Source of the DNA: a virus
Lineage: Duplodnaviria > Caudoviricetes
Reading direction: 5' to 3' (one strand)
IMG/VR virus record: IMGVR_UViG_3300045110_000325
Span: 1 to 63,735 of that record
Length of the DNA: 63,735 nucleotides
The notes under the pieces were generated by a model that made no database searches, was not told the DNA's origin, and saw nothing but the letters and a program-made list of their open reading frames with translations. Positions 28,730 through 37,223 of the stretch are shown one piece after another. Position 1 is the stretch's first letter; each line of letters opens with the position of its first letter. Made by a program: the position numbers and the translations under genes.

Positions 28730-29457
28730 TGGACCGAGCAGAGCTTGAGTCATCTATTCGGGGGCTTCGCCGCGTCGCCGCTGATTTCTGTGCCAGCGGA
28801 CAACTCAATAACGCGGTGGAAGTGGAGCGGATCATACGGGATCGTCAGGCGGAATTGGCCGCTCTTGACCCCGGCACTTCGCCGGCAGTCAGCGCCGAGG
28901 CGGTGGAGGCGATCTGCGAGGCGCTGCGTGAGCGGTACGGCGTCGACCCGAGCAACCCGTACCGGCCGGAGCGAGCGGCCGACGAGACGTGCACGACGAC
29001 GTTCGTCGACAGCGACGGCGGGCTGTCGATTCGGGCGCTGACGTTCGGCGAGGTCGCAGAGGTCGCCGCCGGCCCCCACCTGCACGCCGGGTGCGTCCCG
29101 GCCGAGGCGCAGGCCGAGAGCTATCCTCACGAGCCGTCCATAGGCCAGCTTGCCTTAGGCGGCTTCGGCGTGTTTTGCGTCGAGTGCTCGCGCCAGGCAG
29201 GCGATTACGTCTATCCGTGCGCGGTGAAAACAGAGTGGCCCTATCCGTCCAAAGTGGTGCCGGCCGACGGTGCCGACGACCACGCCTGCGTTCCCCTCGC
29301 CGAGCTGGCGGAGCTGCGGGTGCTGTTTGGCAAGTGGGAGGCGGAGTGGCACATGCCGACTGTCATGGCCAGGGCATGCGGCGAGCGCATCCGGCTCATT
29401 CTCGACACGCTCGCGTCTAGTCCGGCCGGCTTGTCGCTGAACGGCGAGGCCCCGTGA
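28729..29457 (+). CDS. hypothetical protein
   Basis: Long ORF coupled at both ends. Confidence 0.5.
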   Translation: MDRAELESSIRGLRRVAADFCASGQLNNAVEVERIIRDRQAELAALDPGTSPAVSAEAVEAICEALRERYGVDPSNPYRPERAADETCTTTFVDSDGGLSIRALTFGEVAEVAAGPHLHAGCVPAEAQAESYPHEPSIGQLALGGFGVFCVECSRQAGDYVYPCAVKTEWPYPSKVVPADGADDHACVPLAELAELRVLFGKWEAEWHMPTVMARACGERIRLILDTLASSPAGLSLNGEAP

Positions 29458-29783
29458 CCGGCACCGCGCCCAGCGAGGTGGAGATGGTCCTGCGCGACTT
29501 CCCCTGCCGTTGGTGCGGCGCATCGCCGGGATCAAGGTGCAAGGTCCGCGGGACTGACAGGCGTGTGTCTCGCTCGCACGGCGACCGCCACGCGCAGGCC
29601 GTCGCGGTCGGGCGACTGCCGCTTGGCGACACGCTCGCGACCGATCGCTACGGCGTCTCGACCGGTCGCCGCTGCCCGAACCCGAGGTGCGCCTACCCGG
29701 ACATGGAGCGCGTCGGAGTCGACGACGACGGCCAGGGCGGCTACCTGTGCTGCCCCGCATGCGGAACCGAGCTGGAGGAATGA
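29454..29783 (+). CDS. double zinc-finger protein
   Basis: CRWC.A.PG..C..H..R; CPNPRC..CPAC. Confidence 0.6.
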   Translation: MTGTAPSEVEMVLRDFPCRWCGASPGSRCKVRGTDRRVSRSHGDRHAQAVAVGRLPLGDTLATDRYGVSTGRRCPNPRCAYPDMERVGVDDDGQGGYLCCPACGTELEE

Positions 29784-30169
29784 CGGGCGACGAGCGGTGG
29801 TTGGGCGTCTACGGCTCCCCCGACGGCAGGTGGCTGCTCATCACCGGTCCAGTCGGGTTGATCGGCCCAGCGGAGGTCGCCGCTCAGGTTCCCAGACAAC
29901 CGCTAGCCGGACCGCTCGTCTGGCTCGGCTCCCCAAGTGACTTGATCACCTTGATCTACGCCCACCTGGCCGAGAAGCTTCCCAGGGGATACCGCGGGCG
30001 ACGCGGACCCGCTCAAAGGACGCTCGCCGACTACCTCAGCGTGAAGCAGCAGGACATCTCGCATTACGTGGGCGGTGGCAACCCTCGGTTCACCGACGAT
30101 CAGTGGCGACGACTCGTGGTCGCGCACTTTGACCCGGACGTCCTACTCCCCGCTGGCAGACCGTCATGA
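29780..30169 (+). CDS. HTH-containing protein
   Basis: QRTLADYLSVKQQDISHY. Confidence 0.55.
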   Translation: MTGDERWLGVYGSPDGRWLLITGPVGLIGPAEVAAQVPRQPLAGPLVWLGSPSDLITLIYAHLAEKLPRGYRGRRGPAQRTLADYLSVKQQDISHYVGGGNPRFTDDQWRRLVVAHFDPDVLLPAGRPS

Positions 30170-30299
30170 CCCGTCCGACGCTTGAGCAGCAGGCCGCGAA
30201 CCAGGCGTACGTCGACGCGATCCGCCGCGTGGTCGCCGAGTGCGCCGACGCGATAGCCGCGGCGCGGCAAACAACCGACCAAGAGGAGGAGTGATCGAC

Positions 30300-30590
30300 A
30301 TGGGCTACGCCTTCTACACCGTCCGACGCAATGGCGAGGAGATCGAGGCCGGATACGGCGTCGAGACGACATGCGAGGAGCCCGGCTGCGACGAGGCGAT
30401 CGACCGCGGCCTCGGCTGCCTGTGCGGCCAGACGCCAGGCGGTGACGAGCACGGGTGCGGCGGCTACTTCTGCGGCCAGCACCTGTTCTACGGTGACACT
30501 GGCCAGGGACAGCAATGCCGGCGATGCGTTCGTGCGACCCAGGCTGATCAGATCTCCGCCGCCGACCCGCAGGTCGGAGGTCGCACATGA
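30300..30590 (+). CDS. Cys-rich conserved phage protein
   Basis: GYGV...C..PGC...IDRGL..LCG..GCG.YFC..HL. Confidence 0.7.
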   Translation: MGYAFYTVRRNGEEIEAGYGVETTCEEPGCDEAIDRGLGCLCGQTPGGDEHGCGGYFCGQHLFYGDTGQGQQCRRCVRATQADQISAADPQVGGRT

Positions 30591-30847
30591 GCACGCTGAT
30601 CGCGCGCAGCTTCATCCGTCCCAGTGTCAGCCTAACGCTGGAGGGGCCGGTCGACATCCGCGTGCACAAGGAGATCGGCACGGCCCGCGGTGTTTATCAG
30701 ATGGTCATCGACTCGCAGCCGGAGTTCGGGGGCGTGTGCTCGGTCGGCTTGTTCCTCGACGCCGAGGCTGCCCGCCTGTTGCGTGACGCCTGCGACGAGG
30801 TGCTGGCACTCGCCGCAGCGGCCGGGACACCGGAGTCGACTCGATGA
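30587..30847 (+). CDS. hypothetical protein
   Basis: GGAGG RBS, ATGA overlap. Confidence 0.5.
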   Translation: MSTLIARSFIRPSVSLTLEGPVDIRVHKEIGTARGVYQMVIDSQPEFGGVCSVGLFLDAEAARLLRDACDEVLALAAAAGTPESTR

Positions 30848-30878
30848 CCGCCCGAGAACAGCCGCCTATCGACTCGCG

Positions 30879-31283
30879 ATGCCTGACCTGACCACGGTGC
30901 TCATGCTCGCGGTGCTGCTGCACTTCGTGGGCGACTACCTGACCCAGTCGCACTGGATGGCCACCGAGAAGACCAAGCGGTGGCTGCCAGCCGCCATCCA
31001 CGCGGGCGTCTACGGCCTGCCGTTCCTGCTGGTGACCCGATCACCAGCCGCCTTGGCCGTCATCGTCGGCACGCACGCGGTGATCGACCGGTACCGGCTG
31101 GCCCGGCACGTCGTGTGGGTGAAGAACCTGATGGCCCCGGCCGGTCACCGCCATTCGTGGTCGGAGTGCTCGACGACGGGTTACCCGGCTGCCACCCCAG
31201 CGTGGCTGGCGGTGTGGCTCCTGATCATCGCGGACAACACGATTCATGTGGCGATCAACTCAGCGGCGGTGGTGCTGCTATGA
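30879..31283 (+). CDS. DUF3307-family membrane protein
   Basis: H.VGDY..Q..WMA..K, H..ID, DN..H. Confidence 0.8.
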   Translation: MPDLTTVLMLAVLLHFVGDYLTQSHWMATEKTKRWLPAAIHAGVYGLPFLLVTRSPAALAVIVGTHAVIDRYRLARHVVWVKNLMAPAGHRHSWSECSTTGYPAATPAWLAVWLLIIADNTIHVAINSAAVVLL

Positions 31284-31380
31284 CCCCGCGAAAATAACGC
31301 CCAAGCTTCCTTGAACGCGACCGGCCGAGGTTCAAGCAATCGCCGACTTGCTTGAACCACCAGCGGGCGGAGACAGCGAA

Positions 31381-31408
31381 GAACGCCCCCGCCGAAGCGG
31401 GGGCGTTC
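31381..31408. terminator. intrinsic terminator hairpin between convergent units
   Basis: GAACGCCCCCGC-cgaa-GCGGGGGCGTTC (UUCG loop on minus strand). Confidence 0.75.
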
Positions 31409-31533
31409 CGGGGTGAGCAGCGAGCCCAATATATATTACCGCGGCGCGAACACGATCACTGCGGCCGAGAGCAGCAGCGCCGCCAGCCACATCCACTCAG
31501 TCGCCGTCCACCGGTGGTGTGGGGGGCCGGGCA

Positions 31534-31872
31534 TCAGGTCACGGCTTCCCCCTCGGGTGTCGTGCCGTCCCGACGGCTGGGCTGCTCGGGGACACCGGGA
31601 TCAGGGTAGTCCGCGCGGACGGCGAGCCGTTCAAGCTGCGCCTCGGTCAGGCCGTTGGCGGGGGGCCGGCGTTCCCGTGTGATGTAGCCGGCGGCCCACA
31701 TCAGCGCCCCGGCGACGGCGAACGCGACCCCCTCCGGCACCGGCCAGCCCGCGAGATCGGCGACGGTGACGACGCCGAACGCGACCAGGCCGACGGTCCC
31801 GCTTGCTGCCATCTTGCGGGTTGGGAGCCGGGTGGGTTGTTCGACGGTGGTCGCCCGCTTGGTCGCGTTCAT
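31534..31872 (-). CDS. holin-like two-TM protein
   Basis: RK.AA..two TM segments..AGY; GGAGG RBS. Confidence 0.6.
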   Translation of the reverse strand: MNATKRATTVEQPTRLPTRKMAASGTVGLVAFGVVTVADLAGWPVPEGVAFAVAGALMWAAGYITRERRPPANGLTEAQLERLAVRADYPDPGVPEQPSRRDGTTPEGEAVT

Positions 31873-31909
31873 GACGCCTCCAGGGTCTCCTGAACTTTAC
31901 CGCACGGTG

Positions 31910-31939
31910 TTGACAACTCACAGCGCCACGCTGTAAGGT
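31910..31939 (+). promoter_or_regulatory. housekeeping-sigma promoter with an operator palindrome in its spacer
   Basis: TTGACA-18 bp-TAAGGT; ACAGCG-cca-CGCTGT at 31920-31934; ATG 7 nt after the -10 (leaderless). Confidence 0.75.
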
Positions 31940-31946
31940 AGTGCAC

Positions 31947-32279
31947 ATGACGACGACGCAAACAGCGCAGGCAGCCAGGGTCACCTACCGGAAGACCCGC
32001 GACGGCGAGTGGGTCGCCTTCGGCCCCATCTCGGCCATCAAGCCGATGACGGTCGTCACCGTGACCAAGCGGGACGGCTCCACCAAGACGGAGGAGATCG
32101 TCGAGGTCGGCAAGACCTTCGTCGTCGGCGGCGAGCGGATGCGCTACGGCTACCTGTACAAGCCAGCCACCTCGCGCAACGGATACAGCGCCTCGTACTC
32201 CTGTGCAGACTGCCAGGACATCGAGGACGCGGGCGACGGGCGGGGCTGCTCCCGCCACCGTGGCAACCCCCGCAACTGA
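31947..32279 (+). CDS. small protein, beta-rich N-terminus with C-terminal C/H zinc motif
   Basis: TY.K..DG.W..G..V.VTKRDGS; CADC..C..H. Confidence 0.7.
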   Translation: MTTTQTAQAARVTYRKTRDGEWVAFGPISAIKPMTVVTVTKRDGSTKTEEIVEVGKTFVVGGERMRYGYLYKPATSRNGYSASYSCADCQDIEDAGDGRGCSRHRGNPRN

Positions 32280-32298
32280 CCAGATCTAGGAGCCTGCA

Positions 32299-32721
32299 GT
32301 GATCATCAGGAATTGCACGAGTAAGACCGTCAAAATCCAGAACCCCGTATCCGGGAGGACTGTCACCTTTCCGCCGGGATGGGTTGTGGGGAAAGTCCAA
32401 ATGGGCGACGGACATGCCCTGCACACGGAGAACCAGGACGGTGTGCGATTTGACATCGTTCAGCTTGCGCCAGAGATCTATGTCGACCTGCCGTTCAAGA
32501 GCCCGGACACCCTCCTGATCGTCGACCGGGAGGTCGCTCGGGCGACCAATCGCGATGATTTGGTAACCCCGATCCGGCCGATAAGAGCGACCCCCGGATC
32601 GGATGAGGTCATCGCATACAGCGCCCTCGGGCGATTCTCGCCAGCGTGGCCGCCAGCGCCGCTGGTACCAACTCACGGGTACGACGTATCCGAGATCGGC
32701 CTGTGGGGAGACGAGGTGTGA
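32299..32721 (+). CDS. divergent NLTPH-family paralogue (NCTSK)
   Basis: Aligns by eye to 33013-33519: RN.T, LP, LLIV.R.VA, R.DL..P. Confidence 0.65.
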   Translation: MIIRNCTSKTVKIQNPVSGRTVTFPPGWVVGKVQMGDGHALHTENQDGVRFDIVQLAPEIYVDLPFKSPDTLLIVDREVARATNRDDLVTPIRPIRATPGSDEVIAYSALGRFSPAWPPAPLVPTHGYDVSEIGLWGDEV

Positions 32722-32778
32722 CCGTCCGAATGGATATCCCCGTACTCCCGCGATGCAACGACGGATGGAGGGTGACCA

Positions 32779-32982
32779 ATGAACCGGGACCACCTCAAGG
32801 CGGGTGACGAAGTCGTGATCAACGCCGAGTCATCGTCGTCAGGAGAGGAGCAGGCCGGCACGATCCGGGAGGTCGTCAGCCGAGACGCCATCAACGGGAC
32901 GGTCACCTACTTGGTCGCCGCGCCCGATGGTGACCATGAGTTCGCCGACTGGGAGATCCACCGCGGCAGTCCCCGCAACTGA
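32779..32982 (+). CDS. small SH3/KOW-like protein
   Basis: LKAGDEV...G.I.EV...Y.V; GGAGG RBS. Confidence 0.55.
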   Translation: MNRDHLKAGDEVVINAESSSSGEEQAGTIREVVSRDAINGTVTYLVAAPDGDHEFADWEIHRGSPRN

Positions 32983-33012
32983 CCGTCCCCCATCAACCGA
33001 GAAGAGACACTC

Positions 33013-33519
33013 ATGACCACGGTTCGCAATCTCACGCCTCACCCGGTCGTGCTCGTCGACGGCGAGGCCACTCACACCATTCCCGTTGACGGGCCGCCCG
33101 CCCGGCTCGTGCTTCACCCGGACGAGCCGATCGACCAGGTGACCGTCGGACCGCTGACGGTTCCTGTCGTCCGAACCGCGGCCAGTTCGGAGACGACGGG
33201 ACTGCCGCCGCAAGAGGGGGGCGTGCTTCTCATCGTCGCCCGCGCGGTGGCTGAGGAGTTCCCGGAGCGCACCGATCTGCTGTTCCCCCACCGAACTGTC
33301 CGCGGAGAAGGCGGTCGGGTGGTCGGGTGCGCCGCGTTCGGGATCGCTTCCCCGCTGGTGTCGCCTGCGGAGTCAGGCGATTACACCAGCGAAGACGACA
33401 CGGCTGCGGCAGCCCGTCTCCGAACAGCGGAAGCCAACCTTGAGCGCGCCAAGTTCGCGGCCGAGATGGCCGCGCAGAATCACCTGGCCATCCGGCTGGC
33501 GCGACTGGGGAACCTTTGA
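33013..33519 (+). CDS. NLTPH-family protein, candidate Crn4-like ring nuclease
   Basis: VRNLTPHPV ... GLPP..G.LLIVAR.VA...RTDLLFP...VR...GRVVGC. Confidence 0.6.
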   Translation: MTTVRNLTPHPVVLVDGEATHTIPVDGPPARLVLHPDEPIDQVTVGPLTVPVVRTAASSETTGLPPQEGGVLLIVARAVAEEFPERTDLLFPHRTVRGEGGRVVGCAAFGIASPLVSPAESGDYTSEDDTAAAARLRTAEANLERAKFAAEMAAQNHLAIRLARLGNL

Positions 33520-33884
33520 TGCCTGAGACCGGGAGCGACCTGCCCCTGGTCGAGCGCTGGCCCGAGGACACCACGTGCGCGTTCGGCGACGAGCCCGCCG
33601 TCGCCGAGGTGTCGTTCTGCTTCGCCAACGCCGACCCGCCGGACCGGCTCGTGCCGCTGTGCGCCGAGCATCTTGACTGCGACCAACTGGTGTTCACGCC
33701 GTCCGCTGTGGCGGCGCTGCGGCCGGACCTGGGCATGCGCGTCTCCCGCGACTCCTGGGACCGCATCCGCGCGCTCGCCGCCTCCTGGGACGCCATCGAC
33801 CGGACCGTCTTCGTCGAAGCCTGGGGGATGTGCAGCCGGGACCTGACGCGCCTGCTGGGCGAACTGGAGGACCACGATGCCTGA
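33516..33884 (+). CDS. hypothetical protein
   Basis: C ... LCAEH; coupled to neighbours. Confidence 0.5.
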   Translation: MMPETGSDLPLVERWPEDTTCAFGDEPAVAEVSFCFANADPPDRLVPLCAEHLDCDQLVFTPSAVAALRPDLGMRVSRDSWDRIRALAASWDAIDRTVFVEAWGMCSRDLTRLLGELEDHDA

Positions 33885-34341
33885 GACGCCTCTCACCGTG
33901 CGGGACGCCGCAGCGTGGGCTGGCGTCACCCCATCCACCTGGCGCTCCTACGTCGCACGCGGGCAAGCCCCCGCCGCGGACGGACACCTAGGCGCGACTC
34001 CCTACTGGCACGAGTCGACCGTCCGGGCATGGCTGGACAACCGCCCAGGCCAAGGCCGCCGCACCTGGGGGCTTTGGACCGTCGAGACCGACGCCACCTA
34101 CGACCAGGCGCAATCAGCCACGGGCATCCCGGCCAACCGGTGGTCAACGGCGGGCCGGCGCGGACTGGAGCTGACCACCGGCGTGTCCGAGGCGGTCGAG
34201 GCGGCGCTCGCTCTCCGGTCCGCAGGCCGGGTCGCGTGGCTCACCCCCGGTCCCGGCAAGGTGCCGCCCGCAGACTTCGCGCTCGTGGCCGGCTACGACC
34301 GGCTGACTTGGGACGCCCGCCTCAAGGCCAGCTACACCTGA
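33877..34341 (+). CDS. AlpA/MerR-like HTH regulator
   Basis: LTVRDAAAWAGV.PSTWRSYV.RG.AP..D...P.W...TV..W...RPGQG. Confidence 0.8.
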   Translation: MPETPLTVRDAAAWAGVTPSTWRSYVARGQAPAADGHLGATPYWHESTVRAWLDNRPGQGRRTWGLWTVETDATYDQAQSATGIPANRWSTAGRRGLELTTGVSEAVEAALALRSAGRVAWLTPGPGKVPPADFALVAGYDRLTWDARLKASYT

Positions 34342-34345
34342 GCGC

Positions 34346-34864
34346 TCAGCTTCCCAACAGCCGGGTCATGATCCCGACGATCTCCTCGCCGTAAGTCGGC
34401 GACGGCGCCCACAACCCACCCAACTGCTCAACGGTCGGCGCGGAGCCGAACCGCGGCCCGCCCGGCCAGACGTAGACCGCGCGGGGGTCGGGGGAGTCGT
34501 CCGGCGAGTCGTAGCCGGCGGGGACGCGGCCGGCGTAGAGGGACAGGTGGTCGGCGTGGGCGCGCGCGCCGGTCGCCATGTCGGGGAACAACGCGTGGTC
34601 GGCTGTCGTGTCGCCGGTCGGGTTGCGCACCTTGAGGCCGCACGGGTTGTTCATCGACGGGGTGACCGCGCCGCCGAAGCGCCCCCAGCCGGTTTCCTTC
34701 GCGCATTGCGCGACCAGGACCACCGGGTCGACGCCGACGGCCAGGCCGGCAGCGGCGAGGTGCGGCAGCGCGCTGAAGAACCACGGCGAGGCGGTCGCTG
34801 GTATGTCCTCGTAGTGGATGACGTGGGCCGGCCCCGCAAGGAGGATCGAAACCGGCCGAGTCAG
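34346..34864 (-). CDS. glucosaminidase (GH73-like) domain, reached by -1 frameshift from the amidase
   Basis: G.DP.V..AQ..KETGWG.FGG...NNPCGLK, F.D...G..AH, L.G.WAPS..YG; no canonical start before the conserved core. Confidence 0.75.
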   Translation of the reverse strand: MTRPVSILLAGPAHVIHYEDIPATASPWFFSALPHLAAAGLAVGVDPVVLVAQCAKETGWGRFGGAVTPSMNNPCGLKVRNPTGDTTADHALFPDMATGARAHADHLSLYAGRVPAGYDSPDDSPDPRAVYVWPGGPRFGSAPTVEQLGGLWAPSPTYGEEIVGIMTRLLGS

Positions 34865-34870
34865 TTTCCC
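34806..34870 (-). other. -1 ribosomal frameshift signal (G_GGA_AAC, 6-nt spacer, pseudoknot)
   Basis: Heptamer 34864-34870; S1 34857-34847/34836-34826; S2 TCCTC/GAGGA. Confidence 0.75.
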
Positions 34871-35721
34871 GGGCTCGCCGGAAGCGCGGCCTTGATCTCA
34901 GTGACGGTGGCAAGGATCAGCGTGAGCGCGTCTTCCATCGCGGCGACGCGCTCGGCCAACACGGCCTGCGACTCGCCGAACTTGACGACCATGCCGCTCA
35001 ACGCGTCGGCCTTCCGGGACGCGGCGTGGGAGTTGCTCGCGGCCCACTCGGCGAGGTCGCCCATTCGGACCGCAGTGTGCCCCAACTCGGTCCTGGCCCC
35101 GGTGCCCAGCTCCTCCTCGCGGTTCCACACGTCGTTCGCGTCAGGCATGTCGGCGACCTCCAGGATCACGATCGGGGGGGCTTCGGCGGCGACCAGCGGC
35201 AGCGCCGCGCGGAGCACGGGGCCGGGGCATTCGGTGTCGCCGAAGATGGAGTGGGGGACCACGCGGGTCGCGCCCGGCGTCCGGCTGAGCGCCTTGGCCC
35301 GACACCAGCGCATCCCCTCCACCAGCGCCGGCGTGACCTGGCCGTCGTCGTTGCCGAAGACGACGAGGACGGCGTACCACTCGTCGTTCTCGCTGCCGGC
35401 GAGGTTCGGGTTGTCCTGCCCGGCGGAGCGCCGGTCGAAGGTGCGGCAGGGGTAGACGTGCGCCTGGCCGGCCACGTCGGCGACGGCCCACTGGTAGGCG
35501 ATGTCGCAGTACCCGCGGCCGCCTTCGGACCGGGGGTTCATGTGGTCGTCCTGCCAGCCCCGCAGCCTCGAGCAGACCTGCGCCTCGGTGAGGCCGAGGA
35601 GCGTCCCGGCGCTGCCGGGGTGGTGGTAGACGACGCCCCTGATCCCGGACGTGGCCATGGCGGCGCATCCCGTGCCGGCGCGGCTGGTCCAGTCGGAGCG
35701 GGTGTGAACGACGACGGTCAT
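34861..35721 (-). CDS. endolysin, N-acetylmuramoyl-L-alanine amidase (PGRP/Amidase_2) with helical C-terminal domain
   Basis: R.DW, VYHH, Q..HM..RGY.DIAY, PH....TECPG. Confidence 0.9.
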   Translation of the reverse strand: MTVVVHTRSDWTSRAGTGCAAMATSGIRGVVYHHPGSAGTLLGLTEAQVCSRLRGWQDDHMNPRSEGGRGYCDIAYQWAVADVAGQAHVYPCRTFDRRSAGQDNPNLAGSENDEWYAVLVVFGNDDGQVTPALVEGMRWCRAKALSRTPGATRVVPHSIFGDTECPGPVLRAALPLVAAEAPPIVILEVADMPDANDVWNREEELGTGARTELGHTAVRMGDLAEWAASNSHAASRKADALSGMVVKFGESQAVLAERVAAMEDALTLILATVTEIKAALPASPGN

Positions 35722-35745
35722 CGATGCCTCAACTCCTCTCGGCGG

Positions 35746-36051
35746 TCACATCGCCTGCCGTTGGATGCGGTCGAGTCCGAGCTCGGCCAGGGCGCGGACC
35801 TTCCGGCCGAACGTCCGCCGGAACGCCCACGGCGGCTTTGGGTCGGCCTTGAGGAGCCGGTCGAGGTAGGAGTGGACCGCGCCGTGGGCGTTGGAGCACA
35901 ACGGCACCCGGTTCGCCGGGATGTCAGGCTCGCCATGCCCCAAAGGCCAACAATGATGGACCTCGATCGGCACCCACTCGCGGTGCCGGTGGACGGCGCA
36001 CGCCTTCGGGGCTTTCGGGACGGTCACAGCCACAGGACCGCCGCCGCTCAC
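35746..36051 (-). CDS. HNH endonuclease
   Basis: HH.WPL..G...N.V.LC.NAH..VH. Confidence 0.75.
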   Translation of the reverse strand: MSGGGPVAVTVPKAPKACAVHRHREWVPIEVHHCWPLGHGEPDIPANRVPLCSNAHGAVHSYLDRLLKADPKPPWAFRRTFGRKVRALAELGLDRIQRQAM

Positions 36052-36386
36052 TTCGGCCGAAGCGCGAAGTACAGGCCGACGAGCACGCCGATCGCGCCGA
36101 TGACAGCGATGACCCGCGACATCGGCGACCACGACTGCTCCACCTTGTCCCGCCGCGCCTCCTCCGCGTCCTTCAACGCGGCGGCGGTGGTCACAACGGT
36201 CGCGTCCCGGGCGACAGCCTGATCGCCGAGACGCTGCACGGCCAACTTCAACCCGTGCAGCTCCTCCGCGATCTTCTCCAGGCTGCCATTGATGGCCTCA
36301 AAATGCTTGTCATGGCCTGCGAGCCGGGCTCCGATCTCCCCGGCCACAGCGCCCCGGTCATAGGCCTCCTGCGGCGTCTCGCTCAC
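36048..36386 (-). CDS. coiled-coil protein with C-terminal TM (lysis accessory)
   Basis: HDKHF..INGS; terminal hydrophobic helix. Confidence 0.65.
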   Translation of the reverse strand: MSETPQEAYDRGAVAGEIGARLAGHDKHFEAINGSLEKIAEELHGLKLAVQRLGDQAVARDATVVTTAAALKDAEEARRDKVEQSWSPMSRVIAVIGAIGVLVGLYFALRPK

Positions 36387-36387
36387 G

Positions 36388-36717
36388 TCAGCCGCCTCCG
36401 CAGGTGTCGCGGATCTCCGCGACGACCCGGTCGTTGTCACCGGTGAGCGAGCGGACCGCGTCGGCCATGCGACGCTGCCCGTCCCGGTAGCAGCCGCCGG
36501 CGACATGCCACCCCGTCGCCACGACCCTGACACCGGGGGTGGTGCAGTCGTACAGGCGGAACGCGACCGCGCCGCCGACGACCGTGCCGCAGAGAGTCAG
36601 GACCACCAGGCCGATGACCCACGCCTGCCGGCGTCTCAACCCTTGGACCGCTCCGGCGAACTCCCGTGTCGCGGCGCCGAGGCCGCTGACGGCTGTAGCC
36701 AGGTCGCGCTCAGGCAT
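36388..36717 (-). CDS. single-TM protein with Cys residues (lysis accessory)
   Basis: TM followed by DCTTPG..CY. Confidence 0.6.
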   Translation of the reverse strand: MPERDLATAVSGLGAATREFAGAVQGLRRRQAWVIGLVVLTLCGTVVGGAVAFRLYDCTTPGVRVVATGWHVAGGCYRDGQRRMADAVRSLTGDNDRVVAEIRDTCGGG

Positions 36718-36848
36718 CGGACCGCCTTTCCCGCTCGCTTTCGACTTCCGCCAGCAACGCGTCGGCCTGCTCCTTGAGTTGCTCGGCCAGCAGTTGCAGG
36801 CGGCTCAGCCACGCCTCGCCGCTTTGGCGGCGCGGCGGCTCATCACGC

Positions 36849-37217
36849 TCACGTGTCACGCCGGCTGTCTGCTCCCTCCGCCCTGGCGGCAGCGATCTCG
36901 TCGTCGTGTCGCTGACGGGCCAGGAACTCGCGGTACGAGGCAAGGGTCTCGGCGGTGGAGGCCAGCGCCGGCCCCACCGCCTGGTACACGGCCAGCAACT
37001 CCGCCTTGTGCTTCTCGGCCTGCGTCAGGAGCCGGTCAGACAGCTCCTCGACACGTTTCTGCAGCGCCGCCCGCTCGGCCTCGGTGCGGGTCCACTGCCG
37101 GCCGGCGAACACCAGGCCGAGAGTCGCAATGAAACCGACGACGCCGTAGCCCAAGAAGGGGGACAGATCCCCTGGGGGAGTCTCGGTTTGCAGCCACCAC
37201 AACGCGAGCGCAGGCAC
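36849..37217 (-). CDS. TM + coiled-coil protein (holin-like)
   Basis: YGVVG TM segment followed by heptads. Confidence 0.6.
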   Translation of the reverse strand: MPALALWWLQTETPPGDLSPFLGYGVVGFIATLGLVFAGRQWTRTEAERAALQKRVEELSDRLLTQAEKHKAELLAVYQAVGPALASTAETLASYREFLARQRHDDEIAAARAEGADSRRDT

Positions 37218-37223
37218 TCCGGC

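Noticed and set aside
34346-34723. Independent 125-aa glucosaminidase gene starting at GTG 34723
   Set aside because: Start lies inside the conserved DPxVxxAQ core and lacks an RBS; frameshift fusion fits better
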